A stretch of DNA of 64,000 bases from Candidatus Eiseniibacteriota bacterium (GCA_963762255.1 CAVXKA010000002.1:384001-448000), one strand, 5' to 3'. Shown: positions 39,211 through 50,150, counted from the stretch's first letter. The notes: a model not told the origin generated them from the sequence alone. Translations and numbers: made by a program.

Positions 39211-40311
39211 CTACGGATGCCATTCGGTCACCACCGCGAGCGCGCGCTCTTTCCATGACCTTCCGGACACGGACCTGCCACCCCCCAGCGACGCGCCGTA
39301 AAGAAGTTCGCTCATCTCACGCATCCACCGCGCCTCGGCATCGACCGCGCGACCACCCAGGAGGGCCCGCCGGACCCTTCGCAGAGCGTCGCGAACGTTC
39401 GACGGGCGCCGCCCTGCCCGCCTTCGCAGCAGTTCGGGATAGACCTCCCAATCGAGGATCGCAGTGCCCAGGCGCACCTCCTCCGCCGCCCGGAAGCCGC
39501 GCTCATGGTGCTTTCGCGCCTCCCACCACAAGGCGGCTGCGTCGCTCGCCGCGATCGGCATAGGCTGCCGACGAAAGGCGACCGCCCGGGCATAGGCGTC
39601 CAAGTACCCCTCCGCAGCCCAGCGCGTGAGATCGGGACGACTTGCGAGCAGCGCTTGCCGGCCCGCTTGACTGGGGACATAGGCGTTGCTCCGCAGCAGA
39701 GCGGCATCCCCCCCCGCAGTGACGGACTTGTGAGCCGCGATGGTCGCAAAGCGCAATTCGTCAGGATCTTCGGAGACGGATCCCAACCCCGGGGCGGATC
39801 CGGACCAGAGTCGCGCACCGGCCCAGAGAAGAGCGAGTCCCCGATTGAGCAAGAGCCGGGATCCCTCGGCGGGATCGATATCGCCGATCGGGATGCGCTG
39901 CAGACGCGGCGCGTCACCCGGCCCTGCCCACAGGAGCCTGTGTGCTTCCCCCAGCTCGTACCAGAACAAGGTCGGAGGCGCGACAGCCAGATCCCGCGGC
40001 GTGAACAAGCCCAGATCCACGAAGTCGATTTCCAACTCCCGTGCCAGGCGGCGGGAGAGCTTGGCGAACCGCTCCGGCCGGCGCGGGCGCACGGAAAAGA
40101 CGAGCAGGACATCGTAATCGTTGAAACCCCGCAGCGTGCCATCGTCGGCGATCCGCACCGCCCCTTCCCCCCGCGCATATCCCCCGAGAAGGAACATGGC
40201 CAGCAGGGAATCAAGAGCAGCCTCGGCGCGGACCGCCTCCACGATGTGTGCCAGATCGCCGGCCACCCGAGCTTCTGCGCCGGGGTTTGCCACTGCAGTG
40301 AATGGCGTCAT
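39211..40311 (-). CDS. Pol-beta-superfamily nucleotidyltransferase-like protein
   Basis: 'FLLGGYARGEG...FNDYDVLLV...DFVD' matches the hG[GS]x9-13D.D motif plus a third acidic residue; helical C-terminus. Confidence 0.65.
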   Translation of the reverse strand: MTPFTAVANPGAEARVAGDLAHIVEAVRAEAALDSLLAMFLLGGYARGEGAVRIADDGTLRGFNDYDVLLVFSVRPRRPERFAKLSRRLARELEIDFVDLGLFTPRDLAVAPPTLFWYELGEAHRLLWAGPGDAPRLQRIPIGDIDPAEGSRLLLNRGLALLWAGARLWSGSAPGLGSVSEDPDELRFATIAAHKSVTAGGDAALLRSNAYVPSQAGRQALLASRPDLTRWAAEGYLDAYARAVAFRRQPMPIAASDAAALWWEARKHHERGFRAAEEVRLGTAILDWEVYPELLRRRAGRRPSNVRDALRRVRRALLGGRAVDAEARWMREMSELLYGASLGGGRSVSGRSWKERALAVVTEWHP

Positions 40312-41123
40312 TCGCGCCCCCCCCTGACGAGACCCGAGAACTGCGCGAACCGATAGGCGGCGGCGCGCGGCCACCGACGGCCTTCGCCTTCCGCCGCCAG
40401 CCTCAGCGCGTCGCGCCACACTTGCCGAGGCCATCCCTTCACAAGGAGGCCCCACCCGACCCGGTCTCCCTCGATGGCGCGGCGAGCTCGAGCTTCCGCG
40501 CGGCAGCGTGCGTGGACCTGCGGCAGCGTGTAGTGGTGCGAGTGCTTCACCTCCGCCTCCGGCGCGTAGGCGATCGTGAATCCACGGCGACGCACCTCCA
40601 TCGCCCAGAAGCGGTCTTCCGAGATGAGTACCGCTTCGTCGAAGGGCACGTCCTCCCAGACCGAGCGCCGCGCGGCGGAGTTGACGTTACTGTAGAGCAC
40701 CGTCGGTTCTCCGTGCATGGGGTAGCTTCGCTCCAGTTCCCAACGCTCGAGAGCGAAACAGCCGTCGCGGGGCACCTGACGGCCGAACACGGCGGCCACG
40801 CGCAAGTCCGCGAGCGGGGCGACGAGGCGATCCAGCCAATGCAGGTCAGCGGGGAGAGCATCCTGACTCAGCATAGCCACGACAGGAAAGCGGGCCTCTC
40901 GAAAGCCGAGGTTCGTGCTGCTGGCGTGGGTGAAGCGCGATGGCTCGATCTCCAAGAGACGTGCGCCGGCATCCCGAGCGCGCCCCGGCGTGCCGTCCCG
41001 AGACCCGGAATCCACCACCAAAATCTCGGCGGGCGTCAACGACTGAGCGGCAAGCCGATCCAGGAGTCGAGCGAAGTCCTCCCCCGGGTTAAGCGTTCGC
41101 AGGAGGACGGAGACTGCGGGCAT
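40308..41123 (-). CDS. Glycosyltransferase family 2 (rhamnosyltransferase-like)
   Basis: 'VVDSGSRDGT', 'LSQDALP', 'FGRQVP', 'SNVNSA', 'SEDRFWA', 'VKHSH'. Confidence 0.88.
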   Translation of the reverse strand: MPAVSVLLRTLNPGEDFARLLDRLAAQSLTPAEILVVDSGSRDGTPGRARDAGARLLEIEPSRFTHASSTNLGFREARFPVVAMLSQDALPADLHWLDRLVAPLADLRVAAVFGRQVPRDGCFALERWELERSYPMHGEPTVLYSNVNSAARRSVWEDVPFDEAVLISEDRFWAMEVRRRGFTIAYAPEAEVKHSHHYTLPQVHARCRAEARARRAIEGDRVGWGLLVKGWPRQVWRDALRLAAEGEGRRWPRAAAYRFAQFSGLVRGGRE

Positions 41124-41150
41124 CGACGGCGGGGGGACCGTGTTCGCGCC

Positions 41151-41954
41151 CTAGAGCCGGCGGTAGATGAATTCAGGGATGACGTACTGCTGCCGATTCA
41201 TCGCCACTCCCAGGATTCGGGCGTGGTACTTCTGCAGCCGGTGAATCGACCGATGGATGACCTCCCGCTTGGTCTTGCCCGCACGCACAACCAGCACCAC
41301 CCCGTCCACTTCTCCCGCCAGCACCGCTGTTTCCGGGGCGGAGAGAACGGGCGCGACGTCCAGGATCGCGTAGTGATACTGGCCGCGAAGGTAGTTCAGG
41401 AAGGGATCCAGATGCTCCGCGGTGCACAGGGCGTAGGGGTCGGACGCAACGCCCTCGGACGGGAGGACGTCAAGACCGCGCATTTCGGATGGTCGAAGAG
41501 CGTTCGCCGGAGCTATGTGCCCCGCGAGCACCGAAGCCAGGCCCTCTCCCGATCCCACCGCTTCCACGGGCCGCGGATCCGCGTTGCGCAGGTCGGCGTC
41601 GATCAGGGCGATGTGCATCCGAGAGTCGTTGCCCAAGAACTGGGCGAATCGGGCGGCAACGGTACTCGCGCCCTCGCCGGGAACCGATCCGGCCACGAGA
41701 ATCGTCCGATGGGCCAAGTCGGGCAGCGATTGCTCCACCGAAGCCCGAAGATGAGCGAGCTCGCGAGTGAACGCGTCGCTCAGCGGCGCTTCGTCGGACT
41801 CGAATCCGGCGGCCGAGGTCAGGAACTCCATGGGGAGCCCGGGCGGGGTCTCGATGAATGCGGGGGAAGTGGGCCGCCGATCGGGCGGACGCGGCACATC
41901 CGGGGGGACCGGCTCCCCCGCCGACTTCCGGAGCGCATCATAGATCTTGCTCAT
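41151..41954 (-). CDS. CpsD/CapB-family BY-kinase-like protein with an altered Walker A motif
   Basis: 'MSKIYDALRK', Walker A 'GSVPGEGAST', 'LIDADLR', 'ILDVAP', 'DGVVLVV', 'LGVAMN'. Confidence 0.85.
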   Translation of the reverse strand: MSKIYDALRKSAGEPVPPDVPRPPDRRPTSPAFIETPPGLPMEFLTSAAGFESDEAPLSDAFTRELAHLRASVEQSLPDLAHRTILVAGSVPGEGASTVAARFAQFLGNDSRMHIALIDADLRNADPRPVEAVGSGEGLASVLAGHIAPANALRPSEMRGLDVLPSEGVASDPYALCTAEHLDPFLNYLRGQYHYAILDVAPVLSAPETAVLAGEVDGVVLVVRAGKTKREVIHRSIHRLQKYHARILGVAMNRQQYVIPEFIYRRL

Positions 41955-41972
41955 AAACTCCGACCCCGCCTC

Positions 41973-43352
41973 CTACTCGTTGGATTCCGGAAGCGACGCG
42001 AGCACCGGGAGCCCCAGATGCTCCTCGACGTCGGTTGGTCCGCGGAGGGAATGATCCAGACTGTCCAGGAAGAATGCCAGTAGAAGCCCTACCACCACGC
42101 TCATGAGGGGGGCGAGTGCCATGCGCACGTAGTCACGCGTGTTCTTGGCCACCGGCGCGTCGGCGGGCGAGAGGATCGTCACGGTGTAGTCAGGAGCGGT
42201 GGCTTCGTTCACCTGGGTGAGAAGCTGCTTCTGCCGCAGATCCTTGAGCTTATCCTGGAGAAGACTGATCGTATTATCCCTGCGGGCCAGTTCGACTTCC
42301 ACCTGGGGGAAACGTGTCAGTTCGGTTCGGAGCGGGTCCCGTTGCGCCTCGAGATCCCTCAGGCCGGCCTCGCCTTCGCGCAATCGGGCCTCAAGAAGAT
42401 CCACCGTGCTCCGGATCTCCTTCTCAAGCATGGCGTGCGCCGACTGGACCGCCTGCTCCGCCGCCCGAAACTTGGGATGCTGGTCGGTCAGGGTCGCGGC
42501 GAGTTGATCCCGCTGTATGCGGTTCGCCATGAGCTGACGCCGAAGCTCGTTGATCGTGGTTGTGTTCTCGTTCCCCAGCTCGGTGAAGTACGGTGATTCG
42601 ATCTCCCCCGCCTCCACAAGCGATCGTGCGGTCGCCACTTGCTGAGAAAGCAGATTCACCTCATTGCGCCGATTCGTGACCTTCAGATCGGCTTCCTGGA
42701 GCAGGACACTGACGCTCGTCTGCCGGGCCTTGGAGCCGGTGGGGCCCATCTGTCCCAGGTAGGCCTCCTTCCCGGCCTGCGCCTCCGCCAGCTCGTTGCT
42801 CACCTGCTCGAGCTCTATCTCGAAGAAACGCGCGGCGGCAGGGAATGACTGGCTCTGCCGACGGAACTCTGCATAGGCGGTCGTGATCGCATCCGTGCTG
42901 GGACGACACACGGAGGCGTCCTGGCTCTCGTAGGAAATGTCGATGACGTTGGACTCGCCGAGAACCCCGGCTCCGATCCCGCCCCGATTGAGGCGGATCG
43001 GCCGGCTGATTTTCCCTTCCTTGTACCACAGATCCAGGATCTCCTGGGCTCGGTGGGCCACGGGATAGCTCTTCACCGTTTCGATCTCGGAGGAGATTTC
43101 CTCGCTCCACGGCAGGATCCGCGGATTCGGATTGAGCGTGTTCTCGCGGCGCCCCCGCTCCACTCTGAGCTTCGAGTTGGACTCATAGGTCGTTGCGGTC
43201 TGCAGGTTGAGAACGAACACCGACAGCGTAGTGACGGCGATGACAGTGAGAATGACCCACTTCTGCCGGAACACCACCGTGAGAAGATCACGGAGCGTTG
43301 CCTGACGAGGAGCCGAAAGGTTGTTTTCCACGATGCGATTCTCCGAACTCAT
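41973..43352 (-). CDS. Wzc/GumC-type polysaccharide co-polymerase (membrane and coiled-coil part)
   Basis: 'TLRDLLTVVFRQKW', TM1, long coiled coil with 'TDQHPK', TM2, 'DVEEHLGLPVLASLP'. Confidence 0.88.
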   Translation of the reverse strand: MSSENRIVENNLSAPRQATLRDLLTVVFRQKWVILTVIAVTTLSVFVLNLQTATTYESNSKLRVERGRRENTLNPNPRILPWSEEISSEIETVKSYPVAHRAQEILDLWYKEGKISRPIRLNRGGIGAGVLGESNVIDISYESQDASVCRPSTDAITTAYAEFRRQSQSFPAAARFFEIELEQVSNELAEAQAGKEAYLGQMGPTGSKARQTSVSVLLQEADLKVTNRRNEVNLLSQQVATARSLVEAGEIESPYFTELGNENTTTINELRRQLMANRIQRDQLAATLTDQHPKFRAAEQAVQSAHAMLEKEIRSTVDLLEARLREGEAGLRDLEAQRDPLRTELTRFPQVEVELARRDNTISLLQDKLKDLRQKQLLTQVNEATAPDYTVTILSPADAPVAKNTRDYVRMALAPLMSVVVGLLLAFFLDSLDHSLRGPTDVEEHLGLPVLASLPESNE

Positions 43353-44131
43353 GGACTAGGGATTCCCGGGCTGTTTCTCCGACCGTGCCGTAGATTTCAT
43401 TGGTGTGGAACGCCTCCCAACCGCGCAGGTAGAGGACCGGCGCCTGGACGGCCTTCCCGAGGATTTGGTCCACGGTCCGCCCGACCTGGGTGATGAAGGT
43501 GGCGGGTACGTAGACAATGTCGTAGGGAGCCAGCAGGACGTCCCGGGCCCCCTTCTTCCCGCGAAGCACGGCGCGCGAGATCTACCCTCTCCGCAGTCCC
43601 CTGTCTCTCCCCGGTGCGGCGGATGAGGAGGACGCTTCCCAGATTCGCCCCCACATTCACCCCACCGGCGGTCGCCACCGCCTGAAGCATGCTGAGCCCA
43701 GCCTTCAGCTCGATCTGCTGGGGATAGCGGACTTCCCCCAGCAGGTAGACGCTGGGCGGAGCAAAGCTCGTCACGTTGACGGTCAGCTCCGGATCCTTGA
43801 AGTAGGTGGCATAGGCGCGGGTGAGGAGGCTGTCCAGCTCGCCAGGAGTCCGACCCGCCACCAGCACCTCGCCCATGATCGGGAGCGCCACCGCCCCGTC
43901 CGGACGCACCGTGACGCGGCTCGAAAGCTGCGGTTCGAAGAGGAAATTGACGTCGAAAACGTCTCCCGTCGTCAGGCGATACCCTGTCACGGCCGACCCG
44001 CCGGCCGCGAACTCATAAGCTTCGTCCGCTCCCAGCACTTCCACGGCCGGAGATCCCGGCCGAGAACTGCCGCAGGCGACCACGGACAGACACAGTCCGA
44101 TGGCGGCAAGATACAAGAGTCGCTCTCTCAT
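43288..44131 (-). CDS. wza: Wza-type polysaccharide export lipoprotein (frameshift near 43571)
   Basis: Lipobox 'LSVVAC'; 'YRLTTGD', 'VRPDGAVALPIMGEV', 'VYLLGEVRYP'. After a +1 shift it continues 'VLRGKKGARDVLLAPYDIVYVP'. Confidence 0.85.
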
Positions 44132-44409
44132 GCTGGTCGTTATCGTCCTCTGACGCTGGAACCTAAAGTCCGGACGCCTATTCCCGCCGGAGTGGCCCGG
44201 CACGCGCCGAACCGCGACGGGAAGAACCTGTGCGCAAATCGGATGGCAAACTCAGGGGGCGGATCCGCCTCGGCTCATACGGGCACGCGACACCGCAAGC
44301 TCCCAAGACGCCGTTCGCCCCGCTGCATCATTCGTCGGGGTCTCTCAGGGCATATCAACGGCTCGCGGCAAAACCTCCTGGAGGCGGAAAACTATTTCAG
44401 CGCGCATAG

Positions 44410-44438
44410 ATGATACCGGTTAACCCGACGATTGTCAA
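44410..44438 (-). promoter_or_regulatory. Near-consensus sigma70 promoter for the wza operon
   Basis: Minus strand TTGACA-17nt-TATCAT; the -35 overlaps the upstream stop codon. Confidence 0.72.
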
Positions 44439-45424
44439 AGTCCGGCCGGCTCCCCGCCCACGGACGGCCTGTCGGGCGCCATCGCTGCCCGGGCTCTCAG
44501 GGTCGCCGCCGCGAAGAGAGGAAGGAGGATTTCGTGATGCCCCACCAACTCGAGCCCGGCCCCCCGTCCCGCCGCTGTCGGGCGCTCCAGGACGTTTACC
44601 CGGGGACGGTAGTGGCGCAGGAAATCGAAGGAGACGGTGGTGATTCCGGTGAGATCCGCCCCGAGGTTCGCGGCCACCGAGAATGCCTTGAGAAAGACCT
44701 CGGGGAGGACGACCGCGGATCCGACGTTGAGTGCGACGCCCCCCGCGAACCCCTCGAGGCACCCGGCGAGGATGCGAAAGTCCCGCATCGAGGTCTCGCC
44801 GATGGCGGCGCCATCCGCGCTGGGATGCTGGTGCAGGATGTCAGTGCCGATGGCCACGTGCACGGTGGCGACGAGACCGAGCCGGTGCGCGGCAGCCAGC
44901 ACGCTGAATTCCCGGTGGGGTGAGTCCGCCCCGGCGAGTGCCATCCCCAGGGCTTCACCGAGACCGAGCCCCTCCCGAGCCGCCCGCCGCGTGATCTCGT
45001 TCATCTCCGTTGCGGTCTCGGCCGCCATCCCGAACGTGCCGGCATCGAGAGAGGACTCCACGTCCTCGCTGGTGCGACCGAACCGGGCAACCTCGAAATC
45101 ATGAATGGCGGCGGCGCCATTCATGGCCACCGCGTTCACAATCCCCTCTTCCATGAGTTGGACGAGGACCGGCCCGCAACCCGTCTTCACGACATGGCCG
45201 CCCAGCATTGCCAGGACCAGCTTGTGCGCATGGGCGGCGCGGGCTACGGCCTCGACGGCTCGCCGCAGTGTCTCGCCGGCCAGGATGCGCGGGAAAGCGT
45301 CCAGGATCTCGCCCATCTCAGGCGTGACGCGCCGCGCGAAATCCTCCACCCGCACCTTGGAGGAACGGGAGGCCACCGGTTGAGGCCGAATTCGAGTGAG
45401 ATCGGCCTCCCGGAACCGGCTCAC
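44435..45424 (-). CDS. Conserved hypothetical protein, deoxyhypusine-synthase-like fold suspected
   Basis: 'MLGGHVVKTG', 'NGAAAIHDFE', 'HVAIGTDILHQHP', 'NVGSAVVLPEVFLKA', 'GHHEILLP'; coupled to DUF3108. Confidence 0.7.
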   Translation of the reverse strand: MSRFREADLTRIRPQPVASRSSKVRVEDFARRVTPEMGEILDAFPRILAGETLRRAVEAVARAAHAHKLVLAMLGGHVVKTGCGPVLVQLMEEGIVNAVAMNGAAAIHDFEVARFGRTSEDVESSLDAGTFGMAAETATEMNEITRRAAREGLGLGEALGMALAGADSPHREFSVLAAAHRLGLVATVHVAIGTDILHQHPSADGAAIGETSMRDFRILAGCLEGFAGGVALNVGSAVVLPEVFLKAFSVAANLGADLTGITTVSFDFLRHYRPRVNVLERPTAAGRGAGLELVGHHEILLPLFAAATLRARAAMAPDRPSVGGEPAGL

Positions 45425-46263
45425 CGCGCGCCCCCAGCGGCGGGGCGTGGCAGATTGGGATTTGGCACCCCCCTGCCTGCAGCGCCGGGGGTGAAGGACT
45501 CCAGCTCGGCGGCGATCGACCCGACCGCGACCTTGCTCTTCATGAGCACGGGCATGCGGCGCGCATCGTCCGTGAGCCAGATCGTGAGGCTCCCCTCCTG
45601 CTTGAAGAGGCCTGCCGACTTGAGCAGCGGTTCTACGACGACGCAGGCGAATGTCCCCGCCGGGACGGTGACCGTCTCCCGCCTCAGCACCCTGACCTCC
45701 ACGGGATAGTTCTTGCCGTCGGTGTGGTTCGGCACGACCAGAACCGCGCCGGGCGCGAGCGCTTGGCTACGCACGAAGTAGAACGCGCTCAGCACGTCCT
45801 GACTTCCCTCGGGGAACGGAAAGCTCTTGCCGCTCGTGTAGGTCGCACGCCGCTGGCTGTGGTCGAATCGCATCCCGCCGTCCTTGACGTACTTGCCCTC
45901 GCGGATGTGCTTCTCGAATCGCAGCGGCAGACGCGCGGTGACCGACCATACCGACTCCACCCGGTCCTTGACCGGGAAGAACGTGGAGAAGAAACGGCTC
46001 GATTCGGCTGTGGACCGGAAACGGTAGGCTGTCTGGCCGTCCACGATTTCCGGCCCATGCACGGACAGGCGTGCCTCTCCCGCACGCACCGGACCGTACT
46101 TGACCGCGAAGCGAAGCTCCTCGCCGGGCGCGAACGGCAGAGGGGAATCGGCCGGCAGCGCTGACTCCGCATCGGAGCACGGGGCGACCATGGCCGCCCC
46201 CAGCGCGAGCAGGGGCACCAGAAGGATCGAGGCGACTCGTTTGCTCCGCAGCAACACTTGCAT
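45421..46263 (-). CDS. DUF3108 domain exported protein
   Basis: Signal peptide, 'FAPGEELRFAVKYG', 'DVLSAFYFVR', 'VTVPAGTFAC', 'IWLTDDARRMPV'. Confidence 0.85.
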   Translation of the reverse strand: MQVLLRSKRVASILLVPLLALGAAMVAPCSDAESALPADSPLPFAPGEELRFAVKYGPVRAGEARLSVHGPEIVDGQTAYRFRSTAESSRFFSTFFPVKDRVESVWSVTARLPLRFEKHIREGKYVKDGGMRFDHSQRRATYTSGKSFPFPEGSQDVLSAFYFVRSQALAPGAVLVVPNHTDGKNYPVEVRVLRRETVTVPAGTFACVVVEPLLKSAGLFKQEGSLTIWLTDDARRMPVLMKSKVAVGSIAAELESFTPGAAGRGVPNPNLPRPAAGGAR

Positions 46264-46281
46264 CGACTACCTTTCCCCGGA

Positions 46282-46738
46282 CTAGCGAAGCCCGGTGTGC
46301 CCGAAGCCACCGTCGCCTCTCGCTGAGGGAGGCAGCTCGTCCAACTCTTCCAGCGTCACCTCAGGCACTCGAGCGAACACGATCTGAGCGATGCGATCGC
46401 CATCGTGCACGACAAACGGCTCACGCCCCAGGTTGGCCAGGATCACTCCGAGGGGCCCCCGGTAGTCGCTGTCGATCGTCCCCGGGCCGTTCAGGACGGC
46501 GATCCCGTGCCGGAGCGCGAGACCCGATCGCGCCCGAACTTGCCCCTCAAACCCGGGCGGGATCGCCAACGCGAGCCCGGTGGGTATGAGGGCCACCCGC
46601 CCCGGACTCAGCTCCTCGGGGGCGTCCAGGCAGGCCCGCAAATCGAATCCTGACGCGCCTGCCGTGGCCCGCTTCCGGAGCGCGGGCGCCCGGTTTCAGA
46701 CGAATATACCCGACGCGGGTGGGTATGGGTCCCGTCAT
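46282..46738 (-). CDS. dut: dUTP diphosphatase (frameshift near 46676)
   Basis: N-terminus '[21 protein letters not shown]'. After removing one extra G: '[12 protein letters not shown]', 'RARSGLA', '[10 protein letters not shown]', 'DRIAQ', '[10 protein letters not shown]'. Confidence 0.92.
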
Positions 46739-48024
46739 GGCAAGGTCAATTCCACTTCGCTCGAGAAAGCCCGTACGCGGAGGTCCGATGGCCGCACCGG
46801 GCCCAGGGCCACCAGGCACTGCCGCTCGGGAAGCAGCGTCTCCGCTGCTGCATCCATCACGTCACCCTCGGTCAGCGCCTCGTAGTCGGCCAGCACCTGC
46901 TCCACCGACTCCGGCCCTCCGGTGCGAAACTCCGCGTGGGCCAGCCGGGTCATTCGATTGCTCAAGGACTCGAGGCCCATGATGAGTGCGCCCCGCACTT
47001 GCGCTTTGGCCGCATCGAGCTCGCCCGGCCGCAGGCCGTCCCGACTCAGAATGCGGATCTCCTCGATCGCCCGCTCGAGCGCCTCGGTGCCGCGCGCGGG
47101 AGACACCCCGAGCGCCACTCCGAAGAGGCCGGCGTCCGAGAAATGATCGGTGTACGCGGAGACGGAATATGCCAACCCCGCTTCCTCGCGGATGCTCTGG
47201 AAAAGGCGACTGGCCATGCCTCCCCCCAGGATCTCGGCAAGAAGACTCACGGGGCGGCGCTGCGGATCCCGATCGGAGGGCGCCGGACTCACCAGGAGGA
47301 GATGAACTTGAGCGAGATCGCTGGGATACACGGTCAAGGTGTTCGCGGCGGGCGAAGGCGCGGTTCGGCCGTCCCCGCCCGCACGATGCGGCAGGTCGAG
47401 ATGCTCTGTGAAGAGCGCCTCCACGCGCTGGGGATCTGCCGCTCCCGCCACGCTCACCACCGCCCGGGGAGCGAGGTACTCCCTGAGGTGGAACGCGGCC
47501 ACATGCTCGGCGTCCAGCGCGGTCAACGATTCGCGGGTACCCAGGATGGAGGTGCCCAGGATGTGGCCCGGCCAGAGCTGGGCCATGCCAAGATCGCCGA
47601 TCAGGTCTTCAGGATTGTCCTCGACGCTGGAGAGCTCCTCGAGCACGACTTTGCGCTCGAGATCGACGTCGTTGGGAGAGAGGCGAGGCCCCCCCACCAG
47701 ATCGCACACCACGTCCACCGCCAGCGCGAGATCTTCCTCGAGCACGCGGGCGTAGAAGCAGGTGTGCTCCTTGGTGGTAAACGCATCGAGGCTCCCGCCG
47801 ACACGCTCCACGCTCAGCGCGATCTCGCGCCCGGTACGGCGCCGCGTCCCCTTGAACGCCAGGTGCTCGATGAGGTGGGCGGCTCCCTCGAAGCCGGGAA
47901 GCTCGTCGCGACTGCCGGCGCGGACCCACACGCCGACGGCCACCGACCTCCGGCCGGGCACCGACTCCATGACGAGTCGGGCCCCGCCCGGAAGTTCACG
48001 GCGGAAATAGGCCGCCTCGTTCAT
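46735..48024 (-). CDS. M16 (pitrilysin-like) zinc peptidase
   Basis: '[14 protein letters not shown]' (HxxEH), '[13 protein letters not shown]', '[24 protein letters not shown]'; classic position downstream of pnp. Confidence 0.92.
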   Translation of the reverse strand: MNEAAYFRRELPGGARLVMESVPGRRSVAVGVWVRAGSRDELPGFEGAAHLIEHLAFKGTRRRTGREIALSVERVGGSLDAFTTKEHTCFYARVLEEDLALAVDVVCDLVGGPRLSPNDVDLERKVVLEELSSVEDNPEDLIGDLGMAQLWPGHILGTSILGTRESLTALDAEHVAAFHLREYLAPRAVVSVAGAADPQRVEALFTEHLDLPHRAGGDGRTAPSPAANTLTVYPSDLAQVHLLLVSPAPSDRDPQRRPVSLLAEILGGGMASRLFQSIREEAGLAYSVSAYTDHFSDAGLFGVALGVSPARGTEALERAIEEIRILSRDGLRPGELDAAKAQVRGALIMGLESLSNRMTRLAHAEFRTGGPESVEQVLADYEALTEGDVMDAAAETLLPERQCLVALGPVRPSDLRVRAFSSEVELTLP

Positions 48025-48065
48025 GCCGCTCCTCGTCACGGTGCGGGGAGGACGCCCGGGCGCCG

Positions 48066-50150
48066 CTACTCCTTGCCGATCAGCAGGGCCTTGCGGGAGA
48101 GCCGCACCTTGCCTTCGGGATCCACACCGATGACCTTGACCTGGAGGCGATCTCCCTCGCGGCAGACGTCCTCCACCTTGGCCACGCGATTGATGTCCAG
48201 CTCGGAGATGTGGACCAGACCGTCCCTGTTAGGCAGAATCTCGACGAACGCGCCGAAATTCGTGATGCGGCGCACGATGCCGTCGTAGACGGCCCCCACC
48301 TCGGGATCCTGGGTGAGCCCCTTGATGATGTCCACGGCCCGGCGCCCGCCCTCGGCATCGTAGGCCGCCACCTTCACCGTTCCGTCGTCATCGATGTCGA
48401 TGTTGGCGCCGGTGTCCTCTTGGATCTTGCGGATGATCTTGCCGCCGGGGCCGATGACTTCGCGGATCTTCTCCGGATTGATGGTGAGAACCGTGATGCG
48501 CGGGGCATAGGCGCTGAGCTCGGTGCGCGGCGCGGGCAGCGCCGCGTACATGATGTCCAGGATGTGGAGGCGGCCCTTGCGCGCCTCCTCCAGCGCCTGC
48601 TCGAGGATTTCGAAATTGAGCCCGCGCTTGAGCTTGATGTCCATCTGGATGGCGGTGATCCCCTTGCGGGTGCCGGCCACCTTGAAGTCCATGTCGCCCA
48701 GATGATCTTCCACCCCGAGGATATCGGTGATGATCGCGGTCTTGTGCTCGCCCTCGATGAGCCCCATGGCCACACCGGCCACGTGAGCCTGGATCGGCAC
48801 GCCCGCGTCCATGAGCGCGAGACTCCCGCCGCAGACGGTGGCCATCGACGAGGAGCCGTTCGACTCGAGAATGTCCGACACCAGGCGGATCGTGTAGGGG
48901 AAGTTCTCCTCGGACGGGATCACCGACTCCAGCGCGCGCTCGGCCAGTTTGCCGTGACCGATTTCGCGCCGGCCGGGGCCCCGGATGGGACGCACCTCGC
49001 CGACCGAGAAGGACGGGAAGTTGTAGTGAAGGAGGAAGCTCTTCCAGGTCTCGCCCTCGAGCTGGTCCAGCTTCTGCTCGTCGGAACCGGTGCCGAGGGT
49101 GGTGACCACCAGCGCCTGGGTCTGGCCGCGAGTGAACACAGAGGATCCGTGGGTCCGCGGCAGGAGCCCCAGCTCGCAGGTGATGGGCCGGATGTCGCTC
49201 AAGCCGCGCCCGTCCGCGCGCACACCCTCGTCGAGGATGCGGCCGCGCAGATGCTCCTTCTCGATCGACCCCAGCACCGACTTCACGTCGGAGAGGTTGT
49301 CGGGGTAGGTCTCGGCGAAGGCCAGCAAGGCCTCCTTGACCACCGCGCTCAGCGCCTCTTCGCGCTCGTGCTTGTCCGTCAGAATATTCGCCTCACGCAG
49401 GCGGACTCCGAAGGACGCTTCGACCTTCTCGCGAATGCCGGCGAGCGGCTGAGCCGCCTTGAACGCCCACTTGGGCTTGCCGGCCTTGGCCATCAGCTCG
49501 CGCTGCAGCGCGCAGATCTTCTTGATTTCCTCGTGGGCGAAGCGCAAGACCTCGAGCATCTCCGCCTCGCCGGCTTGCCGGCCGCTCCCCTCGACCATCA
49601 CGATCGAGTCCTCGGTGCCCGCCACCGCCATGTTGATCGTGCAGTCATCCTGCTCGTCCAAGGTGGGGTTGGCGACGAGCCGGGTGCCGATCTTCCCCAC
49701 GCGCACGGCCGCCAGCGGGCCGGGGAAGGGAAGCTCCGAGATGTTGATCGCGGCCGCCGCCGCAATCAGCGCCGGGATGTCCGAGTCGTTCTCGGCGTCG
49801 TGCGAGAGCACGTTCAGATGAACCTGGATCTCCGCGTTGTACCCGCTGGGAAAGAGAGGCCTGAGGGCACGGTCAGTCAGCCGCGAGGAGAGGATTTCCT
49901 TCTCGGTGGGGCGTCCTTCCCTCTTGAAGAAGCCGCCGGGAATGCGGCCGGCGGCATACATCTTCTCGCGGTAGTCCACGGTGAGGGGCAGGAAGTCCCG
50001 ATCCGGCTTGCCCTCGCGCTCCCCGACGACGGCGGCGATGACCACGGTGTCGGCGTAGCGAACAAGGCAGGCGCCGTTGGCCTGCCGGGCCAGATGTCCG
50101 GTTTCGATGATGAGGGTTCGCCCCCCCAGTTCCATGCTGACGGTATGCAC
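48066..50150 (-). CDS. pnp: Polyribonucleotide nucleotidyltransferase
   Basis: '[11 protein letters not shown]', '[12 protein letters not shown]', 'RREIGHG', 'ESNGSSSMA', KH and S1 domains. Confidence 0.98.
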   Translation of the reverse strand: MHTVSMELGGRTLIIETGHLARQANGACLVRYADTVVIAAVVGEREGKPDRDFLPLTVDYREKMYAAGRIPGGFFKREGRPTEKEILSSRLTDRALRPLFPSGYNAEIQVHLNVLSHDAENDSDIPALIAAAAAINISELPFPGPLAAVRVGKIGTRLVANPTLDEQDDCTINMAVAGTEDSIVMVEGSGRQAGEAEMLEVLRFAHEEIKKICALQRELMAKAGKPKWAFKAAQPLAGIREKVEASFGVRLREANILTDKHEREEALSAVVKEALLAFAETYPDNLSDVKSVLGSIEKEHLRGRILDEGVRADGRGLSDIRPITCELGLLPRTHGSSVFTRGQTQALVVTTLGTGSDEQKLDQLEGETWKSFLLHYNFPSFSVGEVRPIRGPGRREIGHGKLAERALESVIPSEENFPYTIRLVSDILESNGSSSMATVCGGSLALMDAGVPIQAHVAGVAMGLIEGEHKTAIITDILGVEDHLGDMDFKVAGTRKGITAIQMDIKLKRGLNFEILEQALEEARKGRLHILDIMYAALPAPRTELSAYAPRITVLTINPEKIREVIGPGGKIIRKIQEDTGANIDIDDDGTVKVAAYDAEGGRRAVDIIKGLTQDPEVGAVYDGIVRRITNFGAFVEILPNRDGLVHISELDINRVAKVEDVCREGDRLQVKVIGVDPEGKVRLSRKALLIGKE

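Noticed and set aside
44132-44405. ops/JUMPstart element or sigma54 promoter in the wza leader
   Set aside because: GGCGGGAATAG does not match ops (GGCGGTAG), and TTGCCATCCGATTTGC lacks the invariant GG at -24.
46640-46740. Programmed frameshift or true pseudogene in dut
   Set aside because: No slippery heptamer, a normally essential gene, and similar single indels elsewhere point to assembly error.
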